Of a DNA stretch of 64,000 nucleotides, positions 30,633 through 42,394 are shown in pieces; position 1 is the stretch's first letter, and the number at the start of each line of letters is the position of its first letter. The position numbers and the translations under genes were made by a program. The stretch lies in contig CM082580.2 of assembly GCA_040954595.2 (NCBI GenBank), positions 9,464,390-9,528,389 on the forward strand. Direction: 5' to 3'. The notes below the pieces were generated by a model. The model had not been told where the DNA came from, ran no database searches, and saw nothing but the letters and a program-made list of their open reading frames with translations. The DNA is from Balanoglossus misakiensis. Taxonomy: Eukaryota > Animalia > Hemichordata.

Positions 30633-32481
30633 TACCGGTACATTTGTACATTGGATCCTTCACCCTCACATAAGAAATACACCCCACAACAAGTACTCAT
30701 GCAGTGGGTGTACAATCTACCACAGACAACAATCTGGGCCATGCTCCAATGTCCACAAACCATACATGTAACAGAAGCCATGCTACAGTAACTGGGTTTT
30801 CAGCGGAGGACACCTGCAATAACACACTCTCCTGAAACCCACAGACCAGGTAGGGCTATCATTTGCCTCTCGAAGGAACACAATTAAGTGATTTCACCTA
30901 CACCTGTAAACACCAGTTAATTAATTGCAGTGGATTTGTTTTCCCAACTAAACAATTACTTTGTGTTCGAGCTTTAATTGGAATAGACACCACAGGAATT
31001 TCAAAGTCATTATTGAGACGATTTCAAATACCACCTTTTGTGCAGTATAAATTAGTTTTTGTATGGAATACAGCCAAACCTTCTTAGTTTTTGAATGAAC
31101 AAAGCTGATCCTAATTATTATTCATCACCAGCAACGGCCTGTGTAACTCTATTCCGTTTTCATTAAAGTGTTGAGTTTAACATAACCATCTCGCGACATA
31201 ACTTAATCACCTATATTTCACAGTTTTATCTTCCCTTCATACTCTCTGACTCTGTTATATGAAATTATGAACACCTAAAATGATCACTTCGCTTGTAATA
31301 ACAATCCGTCTACTGAGAGTTCTATATTGTGCTGGAATGAGGGAATCATGAACACGCCTCATTATATCAATATCCCCAGGGCTTTCCACCTTCTGGTAAC
31401 CTCACGTAGCAAAACTTCTGTTTGTGGAAATTTCACAGATGAAGACTTGCAAATATACAAGTAACTGTTACTTTGCATGGTAGTTTCAGATTAGCTCACA
31501 GTCACAGTGCTTCTGCTCTGAATTCCTCTAAGGAAATTAATCTCCAAAACCTGACAATCGATTTGGTTTCAGCTGTCACACTGACTAACATTGGCTAGGT
31601 TAGACATACTAAGTAGCTTTCTTGGGGAATACCTAGTACATGTACATAGTATGGTGATTTTCACTCCTTGATTGTAACATCGTTAAATACTTTTGAATGT
31701 TCAGCATGTAATAACGTTAAAAACGTTTATGAATTGTATTCTTCCATGTTGAATTTACTGCAGACACAGATGAAATCTGGACACTGGCTGACACTAATTT
31801 GATTGTGGCATTCAGGTTTCGTGTCTGGTGACACAGCAACAGGATACGCGTACAGGTTGTTGAACTCTCCTGTCAGATTACGGCAGAACATACACGGTAG
31901 CTAGCTTGCATTAACCCATGACTTCTACTCCATACCTGTGACTTGCGAGCGAATACAAAATATTTTTAGGTGCGTCACGCTAACTGCAAACAGCCATGTA
32001 CAGGTATGCAGGTGGAAATCGCAGGTAATGAAATGCCTGTCTGACACGTCAGAGTGTGTTATTGATGAACAGCTTATGTACCTGGAAATCATCTGTGTAT
32101 GCGTGTCCACAAATGATAAAACATACCAAATAAAGATGTCCATTTGTGTTGCAGCTGAATCCAGCATGCTTATAGACAATAAACTACATTTTAATAAGTG
32201 TATTAACTGGTCATATTCAGGTAACAGCATGCAGTCTGTCTCCCTATGAGGATGTGAGTCACACCAAGATACAACTGTAGCCTATGTCTGTTTCCCTCCA
32301 CATTCGGCCTCCAAGAAAGACTACTTTTGAGCGAGTCACGTTCTGTCAGGGAAACAGTTGTAGGCTGTTACCCTCATGGCCACTCGATAGGCCACTTTCA
32401 TGACCTCAAGTGACCTTACATCCTGGTGTTTTGTATGGATGACACAATACATCATTCAATGTTACATATGACATTCACCCT

Positions 32482-32601
32482 TTCCTTATACATTTTCCCT
32501 GAAGGTTTAGCCATGCCATCATGCGTAAAACTGCTTGAGAATCTGCAACTCAGCAAAGCACAGCTTGTCAGCTGGGACAAGTGTAAGCCAATCCGCATGA
32601 C
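32482..32601 (+). repeat. 120-bp inverted repeat, left arm
   Basis: TTCCTTATACATTTTCCCTGAAGG...AAGCCAATCCGCATGAC is the reverse complement of 34968-35087, with 2 mismatches seen. Confidence 0.95.
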
Positions 32602-32749
32602 CCTTTCGTAACTGACAATTTTTTTTCTATTCCAGGATGAATTAGAGTGCACAAATTCAACAAACTCATAATGGTGAACTCATACTAACACAATGCCAGT
32701 ATGTACAGGTCATATAAGGGGTTATGAAATTGGCCTATATGTGTGTAAC

Positions 32750-32791
32750 CATATACAGTAGAAGGGAAGGGCTTCCCCTCTACTGTCTATG
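32750..32791. mobile_element. 42-bp palindromic P-element-like remnant with 7-bp TSD
   Basis: GTGTAAC [CATATACAGTAGAAGGGAAGGGCTTCCCCTCTACTGTCTATG] GTGTAAC. The same terminus CATAGACAGTAG occurs one-sided at 35419-35430. Confidence 0.7.
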
Positions 32792-32810
32792 GTGTAACAT
32801 ACCTGAAAAA

Positions 32811-34326
32811 TAGCGTCAAGGACACTGTGGTCCCATTTGAGGACATAGCACATAGCAACATAGCAATGGATGGCAAGATATGGAAAAGTAGGTCAAAGGT
32901 CACCTGAGGTCATGCAAAATTTGGGCAAGAAATTTTGACCCTATACTGGTCCAAGTTAAACAAAAACCAAACCTATAGCCCTATTGGTTAGCCTGTAATT
33001 AGGTATGCACATAATTAATGAGATATGCAGGTGTCACAGGTGACCCATATTTTGGCTTTTCAATTTTAGTCCCAACCCTCCAAACGCGAAGTCTGTATCT
33101 GCTCTGGATGCCAAGATATGATAAAGTAGGTCAAAGGTCACCTGAGGTCATGCAAAATTTGGGCAAGAAATTTTGACCTTATACTGGTCCATGTTCAATA
33201 AAAACCAAACCTATAGCCTTATTGGTTAGCCTAGGATTAGGTATGCACATAATTAATGAGATATGCAGGTGTCACAGGTGACCCCCAATTTTGGCTTCTC
33301 AATTTTAGTGCTAATCCTCCAAACGCCAAGTCTGTACCTGCTCTGGATGCCAAGATATGGAAAAGTAGGTCAAAGGTCACCTGAGGTCATGCAAAATTTG
33401 GGCAAGAAATTTTGACCCTATACTGGTCCATGTTCAACAAAAACCAAACCTATAGCCCTATTGGTTAGCCTGGAATTAGGTATGCACATAATTAATGAGA
33501 TATGCAGGTGTCACAGGTGACCCATATTTTGGCTTTTCAATTTTAGTCCCAACCCTCCAAACGCCAAGTCTGTACCTGCTCTGGATGCCCAGATATAGGA
33601 AAGTAGGTCAAAGGTCACCTGAGGTCACCCAAAATTTGGGCAAGAAATTTTGACCCTATACTGGTCCATGTCCCACAAGAACGAAACCTCTAGCCCTATT
33701 AATTAGCCCGGAATTAGGTATGCACATAATTAATGTGTTAAGCAGGTGTTACAGGTGAGCCCAAAAATTTGCCTTTTATTTTGGCCCCATTGTGCTCACT
33801 GGCCAATAGACAGTCACTGTACAGGACTATTGCACAGACCAGAATTCCACAATAAGACGTGGACATAGCTTAACCATAGAGGTATAAGTAAAGGTATAAA
33901 TTTAATAAAAAGACTAAAAAATTCATAAAAAATAAAACATCCATGATATCAACTTAACACTTACAGGTCGGTGTGAGGTTGACATAAGGTACATACATAT
34001 CAATTTTCAAAGCAATCTGACCAGTAATTGTTGACTTACAGAGTTTTGATCAATTTCACATTTTACAAGCTAATTTGCATATTTTTGGGCCTGGCAACTT
34101 CGTTTGGACAAACTCCCATCTACAGCCCAGCCTGCACCTACACACCAAATATTGAGGTGATACGCGCAGCGGTTTTCAAGTTTTTGATGTGGACGGACAT
34201 ACAGACATACATCCATACATCCATACATCCATACATCCATACATCCATCCATCCATACATACATACAGACGCAACCCATCCCATAAGGTCCCATGGTATA
34301 TAGGCCTATACCAATGGGACCTAAAA
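32811..34326 (-). mobile_element. Non-autonomous Helentron/Helitron2-type element (HINE/DINE-1/pearl-like) with central tandem repeats
   Basis: On the minus strand: T-run; 5' subTIR/IR stem-loop (plus strand GGTCCCATGGTATATAGGCCTATACCAATGGGACC, 34287-34321); (CATA/CATC)n microsatellite 34197-34270; 238-bp tandem array; 3' subTIR GGTCCCATT 32829-32837; terminal hairpin AGCGTC-AAG-GACACT 32812-32826; T-run. Confidence 0.75.
32868..33770. repeat. Tandem repeat, 238-239 bp unit, about 3.8 copies
   Basis: AGGTCAAAGGTCACCTGAGGTCA recurs at 32890, 33128, 33367 and 33605; the units are highly similar throughout. Confidence 0.97.
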
Positions 34327-34967
34327 ACTATCTGTGCACCAGTTCAGCTACAAATCCTACCTCAAGAGCTGTTACTATGTAAAGGATACAATCCGCATGT
34401 GTGTCAAGATGGCCTCAGTAAGTTATGTTTACAAAAATTACCAACTGTTAAATACCATACACCTCTCAGGTTTTGGACGTCCACTCCTGTGGAAAAAAAC
34501 AAACAACAAAACTGATCATTTTTATATTTCTATAGAGATATATACAGCTGAATTCCATTTTGTAAACACAGCTCTCAAAATTTTATGTTCCGTGAAAGTA
34601 ATCTCATTTTCTCACTATTGTAGTAAATAGTAAAAAAAAAGTTTTTATCAGACAACGTCAGAGTGGCAGGCCAGTGTGATGGTTGGTGACCAGTTACTAC
34701 ATAAATGAGATTTTGTTACAAATTTATCAGTGTCTAAATATTGTCACATTAGCGCTACATTCCAGGGGGTTTCAATTGACCAATTACGCCCCGGCGGTGT
34801 AACCTGAAGCCGGGCCCATTCCGGCCGCGGCCTGGGGCCAGGATCGGTTTCAGTAGCAATGCCGCCTTGCAAGTTATGTTGAGAATCCAGCGGGGGTTAT
34901 GTACACAGGGCGCTACCTGCGGTTCTGAAGCAAAGGGGAACAAATGTCGGCAGGGTCAAGCGTCTCA

Positions 34968-35087
34968 GTCATGCGGATTGGCTTACACTTGTCCCAGCTG
35001 ACAAGCTGTGCTTTGCTGAGTTGCAGATTCTCAAGCAGTTTTACGCATGACGACATGGCTAAACCTTCAGGGAAAATGTATAAGGAA
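34968..35087 (-). repeat. 120-bp inverted repeat, right arm
   Basis: GTCATGCGGATTGGCTT...CCTTCAGGGAAAATGTATAAGGAA, reverse complement of 32482-32601. Confidence 0.95.
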
Positions 35088-38000
35088 TACAGTGAGTGGG
35101 TAGATGTAAAGTACTACGAGTGATTTCCCCCTGAAGATCAGGGATTTTTTGCCTTTCCCAAGGAGCAGAAGTAAAAGCAAAGCATGTTTTACCGGTAGGC
35201 AATATTTTCACTGAGTAAAGCGATCTGAGATTGAGATCTGAGATCATCCATTGTTTATAATGTGTAGTGTACGAGCAGAGAAGTCTCAGTGTTCCGGTTA
35301 GAACCGTATCGGTAAGACAAGGACAGAAGAGTTGACAGACAACAAATTTATTCAGTTTATATCATATAATTCTTACTTAAACGTTCCCTGAATAAAGCCC
35401 TGTGGTTGCTCCTCTGACCATAGACAGTAGGGGCTTCGTCCAGATTTGCGTGTGAACCTGGCCAACAGAAGAACATTGTAAAGAGTTAATAAAACAAGAT
35501 TAGCACACACAAGATTGTAACAGTTCATTAACAGATCACCAATACTGATGTAAACAAGGTGCTATAAGCCTGAGACAGATAAGCCTTGCCTCACTTGTCT
35601 ACTGACAATCTAAAGACACACAATATTTAACATTGTGCTTAGACCATATCTATTGGAACATTGGATTACCATGTACATTGCAATTATCACTTAAGTCTAC
35701 CATTTACATTGTTCAAATCAATATAAATGATCAACAAAACTATTACATGTACACACATAAGTGTTACTCTAATTAACTGATGAAACCCACTCACACTGCC
35801 TAACCTTTCCAGCATCTGCACAAACTGAAGTGAAACAGAAAATTGCACATTTGTAACTGTGACGTAAATTTGAGGGACTAGAAGATAAATGTGCAAAAAT
35901 GATGTCATTGGTAACCATGCAAGATTTACAATTTCAAGTTGTTGGGTTTTTTTTTAGATTTTTCGGTAGGTTAATCCCAAATAAATTTACACCTGGACTG
36001 CTGTAGACCTGGCCAGATGCTCACGAACCAGCCAAAGCTATGAATCTGCAATCTCAGCTGCAAAAGATGGTTATGTAAGGAGATGTACCTAGAGTAATCA
36101 TTTCATCCAGGGGCCTTTTTCAAGAAACTCAAGTGGTATTAAAAGGTGTCACCTGGAGATTATCATATTGGTATGACCTTTATACAGGTACCCAAGCGCT
36201 TGTGTCTAACAATCCATGGTATAAATTATGCAGTATGGTTTATGGGAGCAACAGCCAAGTACCAATGTGACAACCATTGTTTGTTCCCTAATCCTACGAG
36301 TGGTGGAAGGCTCCAAAGTTTGCTTTTCGTGTCTGAATTTTGACCCCTCAGTGAATAATATATAGCACCTACGCCGTTCAGAGTCAGGTATCAAAACACT
36401 GGACATACTATCAGGCATCATTCTCCCATCAAATATATATCAGTACGAGTTGTTTAAATTAGTTGCAGTGAGTGCAGGGATTGATTCAAAACAGCTTCAG
36501 CCAAACACAAATTTGAAAATCATCACACTTTTTACGCCTTCTAAAAGATCTGGAATTTAAATCTGAATATTGGTTGTATGTAATCAAAGAAATCCGGATG
36601 AGAATTCCAGACACTACCACTTCTACCACAGACACTTCTGATCTCAGCTAAGGCTCCTTTTCAAAAGGCATATAGCTTCTCACAGTACTTTACGCACAAG
36701 ACACATACAGCTAGACTATTTAGTGATGAAGATCCTGTTATAATGAAGAAGCAGCTCTTCCGTTGGCAGGGGATTTGCCTACATTATCTACTTTAGCACA
36801 ACAATACATGAATCTCAATTAATACTCTTAGAGGGAATTAGCTTTACATACCTATAACTAGATTAGTGTATTATTACCTTCCTACAGAAATATTCATATG
36901 TATGACTCCGGCATTACAGAACCTGATGAATGTCTACATTCCTCCTCATACTATCAACGTTGGTGGCCTACTCTTGAGAATCACAATCTAACATCTCTGT
37001 TAAAAATCTTCAACTGTACAAGGTCTCTCGCTCCGGTTTGTGGGTTTTCAGTGAACTTTTAAAATGAAAGGTCAGTGGGCCTGAAAGTACGGAAATATCG
37101 CAGCAATTCGCGCCCATTGATGGCGACAGGTTACAGTTTGGTGGTTGCAAACAATGCTGGACAAACACCTGGGGCCTGTGCAGTCGCTCTCTCTCTATTG
37201 TTGATGTGGCGGTGATGGAAGACCACTGCAATTGGAGAAGTGTACGTGGATCTCAACCTGAGTGTTCAGTTGCAACTCCCTGAAAAAATGTTTGCTGCCC
37301 AGTGTTAGTAAAAGCTGACTGGCAAGTGGCCACACCTGGTAAATACTAATGGTGGTTGCTGATTAATATTTCTCACCATTGGCTCCTAAAAGCTAGAATA
37401 TAAAAAGTACCAGTTGAAAGATTGGTGTGACAAAGAAACTGACGAATATGACATACAAGTGTACAAGATGACTGCATAGGGTAAAGTCAGTAGGAAGGGG
37501 ATACAGGGTCTTATCACTACCAGCCAATTTTTAAACCAAGCATATTAGAAAGATATCAGTGGCCTGAAAGTAACCTCCCAGACCACTGGATGCAAAAACG
37601 TTACTGAAAAGGGTCTGTGGCCTTAATATGCCCAAGTGACCCAAGAGTTGGTTACTGACCCTTTGTCCGGCCTATCACACCTTCACACCTTGGGAACCAT
37701 AAATTTCTCATTTAGATCTCCTTTACTGTCATTATGTGCCAAACCAAGCATAAGTAGAGCGTAATGTGTTTTAGAAGAGTACAGGGTCAAACAGAAACAA
37801 AGAGTGGCCTTTTCTGGATGCAGCACAAGTATCACTTTGATCTTAATTTGCCTGACAATAGAAGTTTCAAGAAATGTTGCAAGAAAATTTCAGTTAACTG
37901 AAAAAACATAGCTTCAACTTTCCAACAATCAATCCTGTAATATTTCTATATTAAAATCACATACTACAACACACAAAACAGTCAAACCCAGTACTGAGTC

Positions 38001-39332
38001 ATACTAACCTTACTATCTTTTAAATTTCTGAAGAGCCAGCTCAATACAAAACAAATCCCCAGTCAGCTCCAGACCTGTGAAGGAAAAAAAAAAACTATAG
38101 CTGCTTTTCAATCGATGCAAGGTAAGACGTGGTATTTAAGACAGACTGAACAAAGGATGTCCACACATCTGATTCTCACACAGAGCTCTAGAATCAATAT
38201 TTTACAATTGTTCAGCATCTGCCCAATTACAAAAACAAATAGGGTAAGATTGTTTACTCCGATTCAATTTTCCCCATGCCTTCATTTCAATTTGTATCGG
38301 TTACACTCAAGTTTGTGTGTGCGCTACTGATCAGGTAGCTTTATGAGTTGGGCAACCATTACCTGGTAAAGCCCATTACCCTAAAGCCAATGGCAAACAC
38401 ACGAATACACCTATACATGAGACAGCTAGTATCCATAAACGAAGGCTGAGGATTTTGAATGCACTGAAGGGGTACTGCACAAGTTGAGTACCATGTTACT
38501 TCTTTGGCAGTTAACAGGTTTACAAACATGGGGAATAGTGAACTATACACCTACACCCATGACAAGTACTTGTAAGCAAGTGTATAAGTGTAGGGGCTCT
38601 TTCATCCTGAACAAAAGAGTTTATGGTTTCGAGAAACCTCACAGCAGGCCCTACCACCTCAGAATGAGAGCAACATGCTCCTAGCTGTGACTGGACAATA
38701 GGAACATCTTCTCGCATCATCTCAGTAACAAAAGGTCGTTTCCAAGACATTGTCACTGTCTCTAAACTGAGCATTATCATCCATTTATACACTGATTTCG
38801 CACTGCATGTCACATGTTTATCTGGCCAGGCTCAACACTTCCTGTACTTGTTCAGGAAAAAACTCATAGAGTAAGAGATGACTCATACACCAATCCATGA
38901 CATCATATTTTCTCAGTTCAGTCTTCTAGATCCATGGTCTATCCGTGGTTAAAATTGAAAAACACTGCGGTTTTACCATTTATTTAGGTATTCATCACAT
39001 GTTCTCATCTTGTATATAGTTGCGCTGTCTGATTTCAATACCACCATGCTAACGGACGATGGTGGGGCATACGGCCAATGAGCACATCTCATTTTCTGTC
39101 CAGAATTTAGAATACGGGTGCAGATGGTAAACTGTAGCTGCAGAACCATAGCTCGGGGTTTTGCCTGGTGTAATTGGGTGTTGATGTACGTTTCGATCGA
39201 GCTACGGTCAGGCATGGGTCAGGTTTACTTTACGTTTTAGAGTAGAGCTCAGATCTGTGGAAATCCTAACATAATCGCAAGCACAATACAACATCGCATA
39301 TTAAAGAAAACCGTTATCACACTTCAACTTAC

Positions 39333-39530
39333 CCTGGATACTTCAAGCTATGAAATATTTGGCTACCTTCCTTGATAAACGGCAAGGGTGTGTTTCCACA
39401 AGCAGCAGACGACCACCATCCGGAGTTGAATGACCCCACGCGCCTTGTTGCCATGCCGTCAAGATCAAGTAAGGCGGTTAACGTTGGGGGCGCGCAAGAC
39501 TCTTTTATGCCATCAATGACACGTGCATCA
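39333..39530 (-). other. Candidate first exon/promoter of a large unidentified minus-strand gene extending leftwards
   Basis: CpG-rich patch with CACGTG and GTTGCCATG motifs, ending in a consensus donor (minus strand CCAGG|GTAAGT, about 39332). It sits at the edge of the CpG-depleted domain. Confidence 0.4.
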
Positions 39531-39981
39531 ATGATTTTATGAACCAAGATTGCGGCTGATCATATACCAACAGTTCAACCGGTTGAACAGAAAAAAGTAT
39601 GCGACCACAATTGTGTGGAGTATAAGGGAGATTTGTGCACAGTGCCGCTATATATTAAAGTCGAGAAATAAAGAGGCATAGACCAGTTACAGTTTATAAT
39701 AAAGATATACACTGTATTTAAAAAAGATATATTGAGAAACAAAACAAACATTGCCATGTGGAGTATCACAAATTTAATATACAAAAAATAGAAATGGTTT
39801 CTATTTGAACATTAGAATATTACTCTTGTTCAAGCAATATTCCCTGATTGCAGTGCATGGTTGGGTCCACACTGGCTGCATCCATCATCAGTCTTATTCA
39901 TCATAGTCTGACTTGGCGTCACGTGTACTTCCTTTTTTTCAAGGCACGTCATCTTCAGTGAACATCACGTTGATCAAGACG

Positions 39982-41757
39982 CTAGAAATCTTGACACCAG
40001 GGTGGTTTTCTTATTGTCACACATCTTGGTGTCGCCAACGGTTGCTTCAACCGTCCGATTGTCTCCCAACGGTCTTCGGCTGGATCATAGCAATACATCT
40101 GGTCTGTGTAGGTGCCATCTTCTTCGGACTGACCCCCCATGATGTACAGTTTACAGTTACACACAGTACCTCGACAGTTGACGTATTCCCAGTGTTCTTC
40201 TTTCCCTGGAATAGATGGAAGCCACTCGTCATCCATGGCATCGTAGACATACAATCTGCTTGCGTTCTGGAAAAGGTATATGAATCTGTCGAAGACAACG
40301 GCATTGATATCGTCCCTTGGAACTGAAGCGGGTACGTCAGTGGTATCTATCCACCTGTTGCATTCGCGGTCGTAGTACTGCATTATGGCTTTCGTGGAGT
40401 ACCTGTTCCTGGTTCTCCCGAATATGTATATTCTCTTCCTGAATGAAACAAGCGCAGACAATGACACGTCCTTCGCTGGCGATTCAAGGCATGCCAGTGT
40501 TTTTGAGGACAGATCGTAGCACAGAAAACGTCCATTGCTGTCCTCTTCACTAAGGTAGTCACTATCATCGTCCGCGGCCAGAATATACAGTTTTCCCTGA
40601 AGAACTGCCCATTTCAGGTAAGAATTTTCCAAGTAGCATTCTATTTTATCAGGGATGTTTTCAACGCTCCATGTTTGTTTTTCAAGATCAAATACCCTCA
40701 GGTCTTGTGAACACAGCACATAAATCTTGTTATCAAACACAACGACATCTTCGTCAAGGTTGAATTCTTCAGTTTTTGTCAAAGGAGCCCAACATTGATC
40801 AGCTGTGTTGAAAAAGTATATAGTGTCGTCTGCAGTGTACCTCCCAAAACCGAAGCCTTCTGGTCCTGGCCCCGGCGAACCGCCCACAATTGCTATGACA
40901 TCAGAGTTTCGTTTCTGTGCCATCTCCCCAACGATCATTTTGTCCATGACACGCATTGCCAATTCCCAATTCGAGGCAGATACGTCTCTCTCTATCCGGT
41001 CTACCAGATACTGGAAATCAATAAGCTCGACCTTGACAAGTTCGAGAGCTCTCTCCAAGTCCTTGCACCTGGACAGTCTGTCGTGGTGAAACCACTTCAT
41101 CACAGCTTCGTAGACCGTCCTCTCCTGGTCAACTTTGAGGGCGCCATCCGAGATGAGATCACACAGTTTGTCAACGGTCAAATCAAGGAACTCCTCGTAG
41201 CAGCTGACGACCTTGAAATGTTCCAAGACGTAGTTCTTGGCTTTCTGACAACTCTCAGAAAGACAAAGCGAGTCTAAAATCTGCCAGATACCAAGACAGT
41301 TGGATGCTTCCAGGAAGTCAAACATGAATGACAGACACACATCAGCTAGAGAGAAAACCAACAACAGGTTTGCGACCTCCAGCAGTGTTTGTACGTTGCC
41401 ATTGGTGACGGTGACCTTTCCAGTGTACAGATAATCCAACAAGGTTTCCATGGCAGCTGCCTCCGCGCCATTTATTGTCACCCGGTCAGTTTTGCTTTCT
41501 ACCATCCCCGATGAAAACATCCCCTTGAAGTAATCACTTGCGCTTACTAAGACAACTTTATGGCAAGGAAATTCTTGACCACCAACCAGAAGAACAACAT
41601 CCGTCAACTTTCCCAGTTTGCGATGTTCATTCATGGTCATGTTCATGGCATTGACGTAATCACATCTCTCATAGCATTTACTGATGCACGATGTTTTCGC
41701 GCCATCTTCCCCATTTTCTTTGTCTTTTTTGATCCGTTTATGGGTTTGTCTCTCCAT
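39982..41757 (-). CDS. Kelch-like BTB-BACK-Kelch protein (KLHL/KBTBD family, Cullin-3 adaptor), 591 aa, intronless CDS
   Basis: BTB signature LTDVVLLVGGQEFPCHKVVLVSASDYFKGMFSSGMVES...LLDYLYTG; BACK region NCLGIW...EEFLDL...ERTVYEAVMKW; about six Kelch-like blades (IAIVGG, IYVL, LYIL, IYIFG, IYLF, LYIMGG...CYDPAEDRWE). Candidate acceptor TTCGTTACAG about 20 nt upstream of the ATG. Confidence 0.95.
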   Translation of the reverse strand: MERQTHKRIKKDKENGEDGAKTSCISKCYERCDYVNAMNMTMNEHRKLGKLTDVVLLVGGQEFPCHKVVLVSASDYFKGMFSSGMVESKTDRVTINGAEAAAMETLLDYLYTGKVTVTNGNVQTLLEVANLLLVFSLADVCLSFMFDFLEASNCLGIWQILDSLCLSESCQKAKNYVLEHFKVVSCYEEFLDLTVDKLCDLISDGALKVDQERTVYEAVMKWFHHDRLSRCKDLERALELVKVELIDFQYLVDRIERDVSASNWELAMRVMDKMIVGEMAQKRNSDVIAIVGGSPGPGPEGFGFGRYTADDTIYFFNTADQCWAPLTKTEEFNLDEDVVVFDNKIYVLCSQDLRVFDLEKQTWSVENIPDKIECYLENSYLKWAVLQGKLYILAADDDSDYLSEEDSNGRFLCYDLSSKTLACLESPAKDVSLSALVSFRKRIYIFGRTRNRYSTKAIMQYYDRECNRWIDTTDVPASVPRDDINAVVFDRFIYLFQNASRLYVYDAMDDEWLPSIPGKEEHWEYVNCRGTVCNCKLYIMGGQSEEDGTYTDQMYCYDPAEDRWETIGRLKQPLATPRCVTIRKPPWCQDF

Positions 41758-42394
41758 ACTGTCACTGCCAGTCTCTCTGTAACGAAGAGAATGCGTCTGT
41801 ATGTATTAGTACTATACTTTGAATACCGTAAATCCAGGGAAGAAAGAAAATGAAATGGTGAATTTATTAGCATGCGTACACACACTCCCCTGAAGAAATA
41901 TCAAGTATTCATTCAACGGGACGGGCAACTAGTATGGTACGGCAGACGCAGTATAGATGGGAGCACGATATAAAGGTGCATACCCAAGGACATAGAAATG
42001 TACTGTAGATAGACCTCCAGGCCTGGTACCGTGTGTACGTGTAGTTCGCATCACATGGGCGTTTGTACATGCAGGTAACCTATGCAAAGTTTTCATAGGC
42101 TATCTGTTTCCAGTGTTCTCCTGTTCGAGCAGTCTAGTTAGTTCTCCTAAAGATGGCGTCTGTTTATAAGCTGTCCTAGTAACAGTAACAGCAGTAACAC
42201 TGAATTCAAATCGAGACCGAAAGTAGCCCAACGACAGCGAAATAATTACACTTGTAACACGAAGATCCACCTTAGTTGGGCTTATATGCCCTAAAATCCT
42301 CCCTGTATTGCTTTCACGTGACATTTTCACGAGCACAGAACCCCGACCAGTGTGGAGTTAAAGAAATACATGTATTAAGGAAATTAAGACACCA

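Noticed and set aside
32796-32810. Minus-strand TTTTTCAG|GTATGT recursive-splice-like site
   Set aside because: The T-run coincides with the Helentron junction, so it is likely coincidental.
32868-33770. Possible CRISPR-like array
   Set aside because: Whole 238-bp units are repeated with no unique spacers; no cas genes; eukaryotic context.
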